This document shows positions 16,421 through 25,735 of a DNA stretch of 32,000 bases, in pieces. This DNA comes from Psychrobacter sp. DM4 (GTDB taxonomy: Bacteria > Pseudomonadota > Gammaproteobacteria > Pseudomonadales > Moraxellaceae), in NCBI RefSeq assembly GCF_051307035.1, contig NZ_CP195536.1, positions 1,920,001 to 1,952,000 on the forward strand, in the 5' to 3' direction. The notes below the pieces were generated by a model. The model had not been told where the DNA came from, did no database searches, and was given only the letters and a program-made list of their open reading frames with translations. The position numbers were made by a program, and so were the translations under genes. Each line of letters opens with the position of its first letter. The first letter of the stretch is position 1.

Positions 16421-19324
16421 ATGACGATCTCTCAACAACCGACATTCGATACTTTTAAAGGTTTATTTAACGAAGCTGAATTTGTCTATCGCCATCTAGG
16501 CTCTAATGGTACCAAACAAGCTGATTTGCTTAGTGCTATTGGTTATAGCGATTTGGATACTTTCGTTGACGATACTGTCCCTGCGCCAGTACGTCTAAAC
16601 AAAGAGCTAGATCTACCTGTGGCGATGAGTGAACATGCAGCACTCGCCAAATTGCGCGCGATGGCAGATAACATTACCGTCAATAAAAGCTATATTGGGC
16701 AAGGTTACTCGCCTGTGCGCATGCCCGCGGTCATTCAACGTAACGTGCTTGAGAACCCGGGCTGGTATACCGCTTATACGCCTTACCAAGCAGAGATCGC
16801 TCAAGGTCGCTTAGAGGCTTTGCTTAATTTTCAACAAGTTTGTATTGACCTGACGGGTCTTGAGCTCGCCGGTGCTTCGTTGTTGGATGAAGCGACTGCG
16901 GCAGCCGAAGCAATGGCGATGTCTAAGCGCATGAGCAAAAGCAAATCGACGCAGTTCTTCGTTGACGCGCGTATCTATCCGCAGACCTTGGATGTCATTC
17001 GTACCCGTGCCAAATACTTTGGTTGGGACGTGATCGTTGGCGATTTTGAACTTGCTAAGTCTGGAGATTATTTTGGTGCGATATTTCAATACGTCGGTGC
17101 TCAAGGCGATGTCAAAGACTTGACCGACGTCATCAGCGCAGTCAAAGAAAAGAAAACGTATACTTCAGTCGTCAGCGACATTATGAGTTTGGTACTGCTA
17201 AAGTCTCCTGCGGATATGGGCGCAGACATTGCGCTAGGTAGTACGCAGCGCTTTGGTATTCCAATGGGCTTTGGTGGTCCACACGCCGCTTACTTTGCAT
17301 TCTCTGACAAAGCCAAACGCTCGGCACCTGGTCGTATCATTGGCGTCTCAAAGGACGCTCAAGGTAATACCGCTCTACGTATGGCACTACAAACTCGCGA
17401 GCAGCATATCCGCCGCGAAAAAGCCAACTCAAATATCTGTACCTCACAAGTTTTGCTTGCCAACCTAGCTGGCATGTACGCCGTCTATCATGGTCCAACG
17501 GGTATCAAACGTATTGCCACTCGTATTCATGCCTTTGCCACCGCTTTCGCTGATGTTATTAGAAATGGTAGCGACAGCGACAATACATTGAATGTTGTAC
17601 ACGAGCAGTTCTTTGATACCGTCGTTGTCGATTGCGGCTCCCAAAAAATGGCAACGCAAATCTTTGAAAATGCGGACAACGTCGGCTATAACTTATGGCG
17701 TCATGGTGATACCAATATTGGCGTGGCCTTTAGTGAAACCAGTGATGCTGAAGACTTTGGCGCATTAACGCAACTGTTCGTCAGTAAGTCTCATGATTTA
17801 CCCCAAAATGCGACGATATCTCTTGATGGCGCGCATCTGCGTACCGATGATATTCTGACGCATCCCGTCTTTAATTCGCACCACACTGAGCATGAGATGC
17901 TGCGTTATTTAAAGTCGCTTGAGGACAAAGATCTGGCGATGAACCGCAGTATGATCTCACTTGGCAGCTGTACCATGAAGCTTAATGCTACTAGTGAGAT
18001 GCTCCCGATTACTTGGCCTGAATTTGCTAACGTGCATCCTTTTGCGCCGCGTGATCAAGTCGGCGGTTATATCGAGATGATCGACAGCTTACAAGAGCAG
18101 CTCAAAGCCATTACAGGCTTCGATGACATCTCTATGCAGCCGAACTCGGGTGCCTCTGGTGAATACGCAGGTCTGCTTGCTATTCGCCGCTATCATGAGT
18201 CTCTAGGCGAGATGGACCGTGATATCTGCCTGATTCCGATGTCAGCGCATGGGACTAACCCCGCGACTGCTATTATGATGGGTATGCAAGTGGTTGTAGT
18301 AAAAACAGACGATAATGGCAACATTGACATTGATGACCTAAAAGCGAAATGTGAAGAACACAGCACAAATCTGGGTGCACTGATGATCACTTACCCATCG
18401 ACTCATGGTGTGTTTGAAGAAGGCATCCGCGACATCTGTAGCCTGATTCACAAGCATGGCGGTCAAGTCTACATGGACGGCGCCAACATGAACGCTCAGG
18501 TCGGTATCATGCAACCTGCTGACGTTGGTGCTGATGTGTTGCACATGAACTTGCATAAGACCTTTTGTATTCCGCACGGTGGCGGTGGTCCAGGTATGGG
18601 CCCTATCGGTATGCAAGCGCATTTGGCACCATTTAAAGCCAACCATGTGCTCAGCCCTGTACACAATGCACCAAATGACTGCTCAGCCGTATCAGCTGCG
18701 CCATATGGTTCTGCGAGTATCTTACCGATCTCATGGATGTATATTGCGATGATGGGCCGTGACGGTCTGCTTGAAGCCACTAAGCTGGCGCTCCTCAATG
18801 CCAACTACGTCGCTGACAGCTTAAAAGGTCACTACCCTGTACTATATACTGGCAAAAACGGCCGGGTTGCGCACGAATGTATCATCGATATTCGCCCACT
18901 AAAAGAAGAGACGGGCATCACTGAGAGCGATATTGCCAAGCGCTTGATGGACTATGGTTTTCACTCACCGACGATGAGTTTCCCAGTATCTGGTACGCTC
19001 ATGATCGAGCCGACTGAGTCTGAGTCAAAAGAGGAGCTAGATCGCTTCATTGATGCACTCAAATCTATCAAAGCGGAAGCAATGAAAGTCAAAGCAGGCG
19101 ATGAGGGTTGGACTTCAGAGAACAATCCACTGGTGAACGCGCCGCATACTGCCGCGATGGTTATCGATGGTGAGTGGTCATATCCGTATAGTCGTGAAAT
19201 CGCAGCCTTCCCATTACCTTATGTGCGTGCCAATAAGTTTTGGCCAAGTGTCGCCCGTGTCGATGACGTCTATGGCGACAAAAACTTGATGTGCTCATGC
19301 CCTAGTATCGAAAACTACTTGTAA
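16421..19324 (+). CDS. gcvP: Glycine dehydrogenase (decarboxylating), P protein, single-chain form
   Basis: The protein is 967 aa and carries the PLP-lysine motif [21 protein letters not shown]. It appears collinear with remembered E. coli GcvP. Confidence 0.95.
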   Translation: MTISQQPTFDTFKGLFNEAEFVYRHLGSNGTKQADLLSAIGYSDLDTFVDDTVPAPVRLNKELDLPVAMSEHAALAKLRAMADNITVNKSYIGQGYSPVRMPAVIQRNVLENPGWYTAYTPYQAEIAQGRLEALLNFQQVCIDLTGLELAGASLLDEATAAAEAMAMSKRMSKSKSTQFFVDARIYPQTLDVIRTRAKYFGWDVIVGDFELAKSGDYFGAIFQYVGAQGDVKDLTDVISAVKEKKTYTSVVSDIMSLVLLKSPADMGADIALGSTQRFGIPMGFGGPHAAYFAFSDKAKRSAPGRIIGVSKDAQGNTALRMALQTREQHIRREKANSNICTSQVLLANLAGMYAVYHGPTGIKRIATRIHAFATAFADVIRNGSDSDNTLNVVHEQFFDTVVVDCGSQKMATQIFENADNVGYNLWRHGDTNIGVAFSETSDAEDFGALTQLFVSKSHDLPQNATISLDGAHLRTDDILTHPVFNSHHTEHEMLRYLKSLEDKDLAMNRSMISLGSCTMKLNATSEMLPITWPEFANVHPFAPRDQVGGYIEMIDSLQEQLKAITGFDDISMQPNSGASGEYAGLLAIRRYHESLGEMDRDICLIPMSAHGTNPATAIMMGMQVVVVKTDDNGNIDIDDLKAKCEEHSTNLGALMITYPSTHGVFEEGIRDICSLIHKHGGQVYMDGANMNAQVGIMQPADVGADVLHMNLHKTFCIPHGGGGPGMGPIGMQAHLAPFKANHVLSPVHNAPNDCSAVSAAPYGSASILPISWMYIAMMGRDGLLEATKLALLNANYVADSLKGHYPVLYTGKNGRVAHECIIDIRPLKEETGITESDIAKRLMDYGFHSPTMSFPVSGTLMIEPTESESKEELDRFIDALKSIKAEAMKVKAGDEGWTSENNPLVNAPHTAAMVIDGEWSYPYSREIAAFPLPYVRANKFWPSVARVDDVYGDKNLMCSCPSIENYL

Positions 19325-19366
19325 TTTTCAATATAGTAAATAGCATCGAAAACTATTCGTAGTTTT
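19307..19366 (+). repeat. Degenerate tandem duplication of the gcvP 3' terminus
   Basis: ATCGAAAACTACTTGTAATTTT (19307-19328, the real gene end) and ATCGAAAACTATTCGTAGTTTT (19345-19366) are identical at 19/22 positions. Both read I-E-N-Y-x-stop. Confidence 0.6.
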
Positions 19367-19523
19367 TGACATAATGAACAAAACTCTAATTTAACAAAAT
19401 CCAAGTAGGTCAGGTCAAAGATCTAGCCTACCTAGATTTACAAAAAATCTCGGTCTCGATAGGCTTGTACGGCTAATATATTGTCTCGCGCCAATCAGAT
19501 TAATACCCTTAAGGAATTTAAAT

Positions 19524-20303
19524 ATGATCCTCGAACTTAACGTCAAACTACATTATAAGCTCCCTGCGCCGATGGATCTTTTACTTCAGATCGAAGCCGC
19601 CGATCTTGTGGATCAGCGGGTGCGTTCGACAGAGATTTGGACATCAGACGTTGCACATTTTTCACGAGTCGCCGCCGATGATGGCATAGGAGAGCGGATC
19701 TGGATCCGCGCCGAAGGGGATTTTAGCTGTACTTATACCGCAGAGATTGCCATTGACCGTCCTGTCTTAGACATATCGAAATTAAATCAAACGCCTTTTC
19801 ATTTTTTACCCGGAGAGACGATTAGGTATTTGATGCCATCTCGCTTTTGCCCGTCAGACCAGTTCCATGATTTCGTCAATGCCGAGTTTGGCGATTTTAC
19901 TGGCGGCGCACGGATTGCCGCAATGCGCGATTGGATCGAGTCGACGTTTAGCTATGTGCCCGGGTCGAGCCACGCACAAACTACTGCGCTTGACACCTTA
20001 GTTCAACGTCAGGGCGTATGTCGCGACTTTGCGCATGTTCTTGTGACACTAGCGCGCGCGTCCTCAATACCAGCTAGGTTCGTAAGCGTTTATGCGCCGG
20101 ATGTAACGCCACAGGACTTTCATGCCGTGGTCGAGGTCTATCTCGAGGGGAGCTGGCACCTCATTGATCCGACCGGTATGGCAGAGGCCGACACAATGGC
20201 CCGCATCGGTGTTGGAGCCGATGCGTCCAGCGTCGCGTTCTTAGCTGGGTTCGGATCTATGGAACTCGTCAACCAATCAGTATCTGTGACCAGACAAGCT
20301 TAG
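19524..20303 (+). CDS. Transglutaminase-like family protein (cysteine-protease fold)
   Basis: The transglutaminase core has catalytic Cys in QGVCRDFAH, followed by FHAVVEVY (His) and LIDPT (Asp). AAGGAA lies upstream of the ATG. Hand counts of four 60-nt lines give 52-62% GC, against about 47-53% in four lines counted from the adjacent gcvP and hydrolase genes. Confidence 0.8.
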   Translation: MILELNVKLHYKLPAPMDLLLQIEAADLVDQRVRSTEIWTSDVAHFSRVAADDGIGERIWIRAEGDFSCTYTAEIAIDRPVLDISKLNQTPFHFLPGETIRYLMPSRFCPSDQFHDFVNAEFGDFTGGARIAAMRDWIESTFSYVPGSSHAQTTALDTLVQRQGVCRDFAHVLVTLARASSIPARFVSVYAPDVTPQDFHAVVEVYLEGSWHLIDPTGMAEADTMARIGVGADASSVAFLAGFGSMELVNQSVSVTRQA

Positions 20304-20333
20304 GGTTCTGACCCTAGGCATGCGCTTAAGACA

Positions 20334-20414
20334 ATGACCGCCGTCGTAACAGGCGGCGGTAGTGGTTTTGGTGGTCGCATCGCTGCTAAACAAGTTACTA
20401 AGTTCATTCCGTAG
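20334..20414 (+). pseudogene. N-terminal stub of a short-chain dehydrogenase/reductase gene
   Basis: The 26-codon ORF MTAVVTGGGSGFGGRIAAKQVTKFIP-stop contains the classical SDR cofactor motif TGxxxGxG (TGGGSGFG). It then terminates, right next to the IS relic. Confidence 0.4.
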
Positions 20415-20464
20415 ATCAAGGTTTTTGTTCAACGGATCAAAGACACAGTAGGCATGCCAGTTGC

Positions 20465-20698
20465 GTGTCCAATAATAAGCAAGACCAAGATCTGCTACAA
20501 ATGAGTAACGGCGTCGGTGTTATTGTCTCAAGACAGATGCTTTTCCTCATATACAATAAAAACTTTACTAAAACGTCTCAGGTAGCTGCCTTCTTAGGAC
20601 TGATCCCTAAGCAAGGACAATCAGGTACGTTTAAGGGTAGAGCCCACTTAGCTAAGAATAGCTCACATTATGAATCAAGTTATAAGGATTATTATTAG
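20465..20698 (+). pseudogene. Relic of an IS110-family transposase (C-terminal domain only)
   Basis: The translation LQMSNGVGVIVSRQMLFLIYNKNFTKTSQVAAFLGLIPKQGQSGTFKGRAHLAKNSSHY follows the remembered IS110 C-terminal pattern (L.S.PG.G...A..L.......F....Q.AA..GL.P...QSG...G....SK.G) with correct spacing. It is degenerate (PG changed to NG), truncated at both ends, and lacks the N-terminal DEDD domain. Confidence 0.55.
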
Positions 20699-20749
20699 AA
20701 ATAACTACAAAGCGCTATAATAGATTCAGCGAATTATTCGGACAATCAA

Positions 20750-21427
20750 ATGCCCATTAGCAATCTCGTTATTCTCATTCACGGTCTGCATCAAGTACCG
20801 TTTGTTATGCGACCATTAGCGAAGCGTCTTCGAGCTAAAGGTTATAATACGCATCGATTTGGCTACCGCAGTATGCGTGACAATATCAAAACCAATAGCA
20901 CGCGCTTAAATAAATGGTTAGAGAAGAATCACAATCCTAATCAACCTATAGATTTTGTCGGGCATAGTTTGGGCGGCCTGATTATTCGCGACTTTATCGC
21001 ACACTATCCGCAGTGGCAAATCGGGCGCTGCGTCACTTTGGGAACCCCGCACAATGGCAGCGTCAGTGGCGATTATATTTGGCGACTACTACCTGCTATA
21101 GTCGGTCAATCATATGAGAAGGCTTTGGACGGGACGGTTGCACCGTTGCCAGAAGGCATTGAACTTGGCGTTATTGCTGGTAATAAAGCACAAGGTTTGG
21201 GTCAGCCGATTTTAAGCTACCATAATCGTAGATTACGTAAAGCTAATAGTGTACTAGCTAATAAAGATTTGGCTCATGATGGAACCGTTTATGTGACAGA
21301 GACTCGGCTTGCCAGCGCTACCGATCATATTATTCTACCTGTGACTCATACGGGTATGCTGGTTAATAAAGATGTCTCGGTGCAAGCTATTTGGTTTTTA
21401 GAACATGGGGAGTTTGAGCATACATAG
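20750..21427 (+). CDS. Alpha/beta hydrolase (esterase/lipase-like)
   Basis: The nucleophile elbow GHSLGG is present, followed by LGTPHNGS and a C-terminal His (VTHTGM). The size of ~225 aa fits. The substrate is unknown. Confidence 0.7.
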   Translation: MPISNLVILIHGLHQVPFVMRPLAKRLRAKGYNTHRFGYRSMRDNIKTNSTRLNKWLEKNHNPNQPIDFVGHSLGGLIIRDFIAHYPQWQIGRCVTLGTPHNGSVSGDYIWRLLPAIVGQSYEKALDGTVAPLPEGIELGVIAGNKAQGLGQPILSYHNRRLRKANSVLANKDLAHDGTVYVTETRLASATDHIILPVTHTGMLVNKDVSVQAIWFLEHGEFEHT

Positions 21428-21429
21428 AG

Positions 21430-22728
21430 TTACCGAACCCCCATACCCTGTTGTAATTCGACTTTGTGTTCCTCAATGACGGGTATTAAAGTCTGCGTCA
21501 CCCACTCGTTGCGCCACCCTTGCAACCCCTCTGGCATCTCAGCTAAGTCTTTATCATAAGCGATGACTTCATAAAGTTGACTAAGCCACTTTTTGCGCAT
21601 CAGCACATTTGCAGACACGCCGATGCTTTCAGCTTGCTGGTCTATCGCATTTTGGACGGCCTTGGAGAGCACTTTATTCTTTGAGCGATATGGCGGCGCT
21701 AAAAGCGCAGGTTGTTCGGCAGCAGGAAGCGCTTTTGCCTCTTTAATAATAGTGAGTAGCTCCTCACCATATAGACGTAGCATACTGCGGTGCATCGTCG
21801 TCTTGTGTGCCAGCTCACGCATGGTATTAGGCTTTTCAGTGATGAGTTCACGTACGGCCTGTTTTTTTATGACAAAGGTGCGCGGCTGATTGGTCGACCG
21901 TGCCAGCTGCTCACGCCAAGTGGCGACCGCTTGTAAGATTGCCATCTGCTGCGAGTTATAACGGTAATCTGCCATGGTCAGGTACATCGCATCGTCTTCT
22001 ACGTGCTGCGTCTCGTATAGCTCCGAGGCGTAGAGCTGACAATCTGCCCAGACATAATCGTATAAACCTGTTGATTTGAGCGCGTGCTCTATACTCAGGT
22101 ATAGCGCCGGCAGAAATCGTACGTCATCGATAGCATACTGCTCTTGCTCATCTGTCAGCGGACGCTGTAGCCAATCAGATTGGCTTTGTTCTTTATCAAT
22201 GTGCATATCGAGCTGCTCATCCAATGCCTGCTGATAGCCCATTTGTAATTGTCCCGTCAGATAAGACAGTGCAATTTGAGTATCAAATACATTGGTCAAT
22301 GGCGGGCACCCAGATAGTAAGTAGAAAATACCTAAGTCTTCACCGCAGGCATGCCAAATAGCGACATCTACCTCGGTCAGCGCCTGCCAGAACTCACCGA
22401 GTTGCAATTGAGGCGCATCCAGCAAGTAGATATGCTCACCCACATTGAGCTGTACCAGTGCCAGACGCGGATAGTAAGTGTCACGCTTAATAAACTCGGT
22501 ATCTAGTGCCACACGCCCGCAGGTTTTTAGTGCATCAATGACTTCCTCTAACTGATACTGCTCACGTACCCAAGTAATCGCAGCCTCATCTGCGCTATCT
22601 AACAGAGCATCAATATCTGGCTCTTCTGGTATCGAGTCCTGTGAACTAACCGCTACAGGGTTATCAGCATCTGGCATCAAAAAACTATCTTGAGCGTTCA
22701 TATCAGTTTGAGCGTTGGGCACGGGCAA
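21430..22728 (-). CDS. rnd: Ribonuclease D
   Basis: The DEDD 3'-5' exonuclease motifs are ALDTEF (Exo I), HACGEDL (Exo II) and QYAIDDVRFL (Exo III), followed by HRDC-like regions. The listed start at 22728 is TTG, and the first ATG is at 22701. Either start leaves an acidic N-terminal extension of ~40-50 aa relative to remembered E. coli RNase D. Confidence 0.85.
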   Translation of the reverse strand: MPVPNAQTDMNAQDSFLMPDADNPVAVSSQDSIPEEPDIDALLDSADEAAITWVREQYQLEEVIDALKTCGRVALDTEFIKRDTYYPRLALVQLNVGEHIYLLDAPQLQLGEFWQALTEVDVAIWHACGEDLGIFYLLSGCPPLTNVFDTQIALSYLTGQLQMGYQQALDEQLDMHIDKEQSQSDWLQRPLTDEQEQYAIDDVRFLPALYLSIEHALKSTGLYDYVWADCQLYASELYETQHVEDDAMYLTMADYRYNSQQMAILQAVATWREQLARSTNQPRTFVIKKQAVRELITEKPNTMRELAHKTTMHRSMLRLYGEELLTIIKEAKALPAAEQPALLAPPYRSKNKVLSKAVQNAIDQQAESIGVSANVLMRKKWLSQLYEVIAYDKDLAEMPEGLQGWRNEWVTQTLIPVIEEHKVELQQGMGVR

Positions 22729-22738
22729 ATACCTGCAT

Positions 22739-22766
22739 AATAAAAAATCGCTAGTATCTAGCGATT
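22739..22766 (-). terminator. Rho-independent terminator downstream of recR
   Basis: A perfect 9-bp stem AATCGCTAG (22746-22754) / CTAGCGATT (22758-22766). On the minus strand it is followed by TTTTTTATTAT. Confidence 0.6.
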
Positions 22767-22888
22767 CGTAGTTGGGATATATTAATAAACAAAGATTTAT
22801 AGTAGCAGAGACTGATAAATTAAAGTACTCATATATTGCCGCAAATGATTCAATCTATAGGTCTATAACGAGCTAAAATTGCTATGTA

Positions 22889-23482
22889 CTACAAAAAAGA
22901 GCGGTTTTGCAGCGCTTGACCCAAAGTCATACTATCGAGGTATTCAAGCTCGCCGCCCATAGGGACGCCTTGTGCTAGGCGCGTGACTTTTTTGACATGG
23001 CGCATGACCGCTTCGCTAATAAAGTGCGCTGTGGTTTGCCCTTCTACGGTCGTGCCTGTCGCGAGTATCACCTCATCAAAAGGCTCTTGTTTAACCCGCC
23101 AAACCAGCTGATCAATATTGAGGTCATCCGCACTAATACCATCAATCGGAGATAAATGTCCGCCTAATACAAAATATAGACCGCGATAGCCTGCCGTTTG
23201 CTCAATGGCCATCACATCAGCGGCAGTTTCAACCACACATAGAGTGGTCTCATCACGCCTAGGGTCTTGGCATAAGGGACAGACGTTATCATCACTGAAG
23301 CTATGACAACGCTGACATTCAACGATATCGCGCATTGCCTCATCAAGCGCTTGGGCGAGCGCCATACCTTGAGGGCGCTTTTTGGTCAATAAATGCAGCG
23401 CCATACGCTGGGCACTCTTTTGCCCTACACCTGGCAAAATACGTAGCTGTTTGACGAGCTGATCAAATTTAGCAGTAAGCAA
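22889..23482 (-). CDS. recR: Recombination protein RecR
   Basis: The helix-hairpin-helix [13 protein letters not shown], the Cys4 zinc finger [16 protein letters not shown], and Toprim and C-terminal motifs ([26 protein letters not shown]) are present. The start codon is TTG at 23482, with AAGGA about 9 nt upstream. There is no in-frame ATG nearby. Confidence 0.95.
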   Translation of the reverse strand: MLTAKFDQLVKQLRILPGVGQKSAQRMALHLLTKKRPQGMALAQALDEAMRDIVECQRCHSFSDDNVCPLCQDPRRDETTLCVVETAADVMAIEQTAGYRGLYFVLGGHLSPIDGISADDLNIDQLVWRVKQEPFDEVILATGTTVEGQTTAHFISEAVMRHVKKVTRLAQGVPMGGELEYLDSMTLGQALQNRSFL

Positions 23483-23528
23483 ATTGTCATCCTTTCGCTA
23501 TTAACAATGAATACTAAATGATAGGTAT

Positions 23529-23569
23529 AAAAATGGGGTCGTATCGTCGTGATAACAACCCCATGTTTT
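23529..23569 (-). terminator. Terminator-like hairpin between ybaB and recR
   Basis: The stem ATGGGGT (23533-23539) / ACCCCAT (23558-23564) has an A-run on one side and a T-run on the other. On the minus strand the hairpin is followed by TTTTTATAC. Confidence 0.45.
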
Positions 23570-23625
23570 GACTGCTAGCGTCAACATCTCTGAGCATCTT
23601 TGCAGTGGTACTTGAATGTCAAAGT

Positions 23626-23955
23626 TTAGAACATGCCTTGCATACCAGGGGGTAGACCCATACCAGAGGTCGCACCTGTCATCGTTTCTTCGTACAATTC
23701 ATCGGCCTGACGAACCGCGTCGTTAACAGCAGCCGCGATCAAATCTTCGATCAGATCAGGCTCATCCTCTAGCAAGCTTGGATCGATGCTGATACGTTTG
23801 ACCACGTGGCGACCAGTCATCGTTACTTTGACCAGACCACTGCCCGCTTCCGCTTGTACTTCTTTATTAGCCAGCTCTTTTTTGGCGTTCTCAACGTTAG
23901 CTTCGACTTTCTTTTGCATCGTTTGTGCTTGTTGCATGAGCGCTTGAATATTCAT
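23626..23955 (-). CDS. ybaB: YbaB/EbfC family nucleoid-associated protein
   Basis: [17 protein letters not shown]... is the typical YbaB N-terminus, and the C-terminal PPGMQGMF tail fits. The ATG at 23955 has GAGGA 5-9 nt upstream, so the listed start at 23988 is an upstream extension. Confidence 0.9.
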   Translation of the reverse strand: MNIQALMQQAQTMQKKVEANVENAKKELANKEVQAEAGSGLVKVTMTGRHVVKRISIDPSLLEDEPDLIEDLIAAAVNDAVRQADELYEETMTGATSGMGLPPGMQGMF

Positions 23956-24000
23956 AATGTCCTCTGTGTTTTGATAAATGATTAACAATAGTGATAAGCG

Positions 24001-24029
24001 ATTATACCGCTATCTTTATAAACTGTCTA
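24001..24029 (-). promoter_or_regulatory. Candidate sigma70 promoter for ybaB, overlapping the metZ 3' end
   Basis: On the minus strand: TAGACA (24029-24024), a 17-nt spacer, then TATAAT (24006-24001). It ends ~45 nt upstream of the ybaB ATG. Confidence 0.45.
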
Positions 24030-25329
24030 AACCGCGTGCCAAATCTTTTATAATATCCTCAGCGTCTTCAAGTCCTACCGATAGACGTATCAATCCATCT
24101 TTGACCCCAGCTTCAGCGCGATCTTTAGGCGATAAGCGAAAGTGCGTGGTCGTCGCAGGATGGGTAATCGTCGTTTTAGCGTCGCCAAGATTATTGGTAA
24201 TTGAGATCATTGCTGTCGAATCTATAACGTGCCAAGCCGCTGCTTTTGCATTGTGCAACTTAGACGGCTCGACCTCAAAGCCCATGATAGCACCATAACC
24301 GTCTTTCATATGATGCTGGCGAGTCGCTAGTTCATGGGCAGGATGATCAGGCAATCCTGAAAAATGCACCGTGCTCACCTTAGGATGATTCACCAAAAAC
24401 TGAACGACTTGATTGGCGTTTTGGCAATGCGCTTGCATGCGTAATTTGAGGGTCTCAAGTCCCTTAGTAAATACCCAAGCATTAAATGGGCTCATACTGA
24501 TGCCGCCTGAACGTACCACGGTAAATGCCTCTTGCATGAGCTTATCACTACCTACGAGCGCGCCGCCCAATACCCGGCCTTGACCGTCTAGATATTTGGT
24601 CGCTGAGTGAATCACCACATCTGCGCCCAAGTCTAATGGACGCTGAATGGCAGGAGAAGCAAAGCAGTTATCAACGACTAGTAGAATATCATTAGCGCAG
24701 CACAGCTCACTCAAATAACCGATATCACAAATTTGCGCCAAAGGATTGCTTGGGCTTTCGCAATAAATCACCTTAGTATTCGGCTGTACTGCCTTGGCCC
24801 AAGCATCGTTATCGAAGCAATCTACATAGCTGACCTCAACCCCAAACTTGGCAACATAATTGTTAAACAGTCCAATGGATGAGCCAAATAATTGATTGGC
24901 AGCGAGCAGATGGTCGCCTTGTTTAAGATAGGCTAGGCACATGGTCAAGATTGCGCCCATACCAGAGGCGGTCGCTACTGCGCGCTCGCCGTTCTCCAAT
25001 GCCGCCAAGCGGCGCTCAAAGGTGCGTACGCTCGGATTGGTATGGCGTGAGTAGACATTGCCAGTCTTGGTACCATTAAAGTGGGCAGCGGCGTCTTCTG
25101 CTGACGCATAGACATAGGAGCTGGTGGTATAGATAGGTTCTGAGTGCTCGCCTTCATCGCTGCGGTGTTGTCCTGCGCGCACAGCCATCGTTTGCATACC
25201 GTAGCCGGCGTCCAGATCTAGCGCATCAGAGCGCCAATTTGGATCTAGACCGCTATTCACATCGCTTGCGCTGTCGTTGTCTGTATCAATACTATTTATC
25301 TCAATATTAGGTTTTTGCAACTCACTCAT
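24016..25329 (-). CDS. metZ: O-succinylhomoserine sulfhydrylase-type Cys/Met-metabolism PLP enzyme
   Basis: The PLP-lysine motif HSATKYLDGQG and the segments MAVRAGQHRSDEGEHSEPIYTTSSYVY and ITHPATTTH are typical of the trans-sulfuration family and are MetZ-like. The N-terminus has ~30 extra low-complexity residues compared with remembered Pseudomonas MetZ. Confidence 0.8.
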   Translation of the reverse strand: MSELQKPNIEINSIDTDNDSASDVNSGLDPNWRSDALDLDAGYGMQTMAVRAGQHRSDEGEHSEPIYTTSSYVYASAEDAAAHFNGTKTGNVYSRHTNPSVRTFERRLAALENGERAVATASGMGAILTMCLAYLKQGDHLLAANQLFGSSIGLFNNYVAKFGVEVSYVDCFDNDAWAKAVQPNTKVIYCESPSNPLAQICDIGYLSELCCANDILLVVDNCFASPAIQRPLDLGADVVIHSATKYLDGQGRVLGGALVGSDKLMQEAFTVVRSGGISMSPFNAWVFTKGLETLKLRMQAHCQNANQVVQFLVNHPKVSTVHFSGLPDHPAHELATRQHHMKDGYGAIMGFEVEPSKLHNAKAAAWHVIDSTAMISITNNLGDAKTTITHPATTTHFRLSPKDRAEAGVKDGLIRLSVGLEDAEDIIKDLARGLDSL

Positions 25330-25735
25330 AACGCTTTTTTCCGTGGTTCTGTTTTAGGGCATGGTTCGGGTTCGAGGGTAAATGTCTATAACGTCATTTT
25401 AACTGACCGCTATCATAACATGTCACTTTATATCAAACATCGGCGTTGATAGACATTCTTATGCGTTAATTTTAGTAAACTACAAGCAATAGGGAATAGG
25501 TTTGAGCACGATCATTACCAATCAAAAAATCGCTTGATACTTAAATCACAACAAAATTAATATTTTTTAGATAGGCAGTACTGAACGTAGCTGATAAAAT
25601 TAGCGCCGATTTAGAGCCTGATAAAAGCGCCAAACTAAAAAGCGTCGTTGCACACTATTACTCTGCTTGTCTTAATCAATGTTATCATCTCAAGATGTCT
25701 AATGAGTACATTAAGCCCACTAAGGTAAATCCGCT

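Noticed and set aside
20338-20361. A GC-rich hairpin, ACCGCCG...CGGCGGT, after the transglutaminase-like gene, considered as a terminator.
   Set aside because: It lies inside the SDR stub and simply reflects the codons for VVTGGGSG (the glycine-rich cofactor motif). The trailing T-run is weak.
23956-23988. An 11-codon upstream extension of ybaB ([11 protein letters not shown]).
   Set aside because: The ATG at 23955 is preceded by GAGGA and gives the canonical YbaB N-terminus. The extension would also overlap the candidate promoter region.
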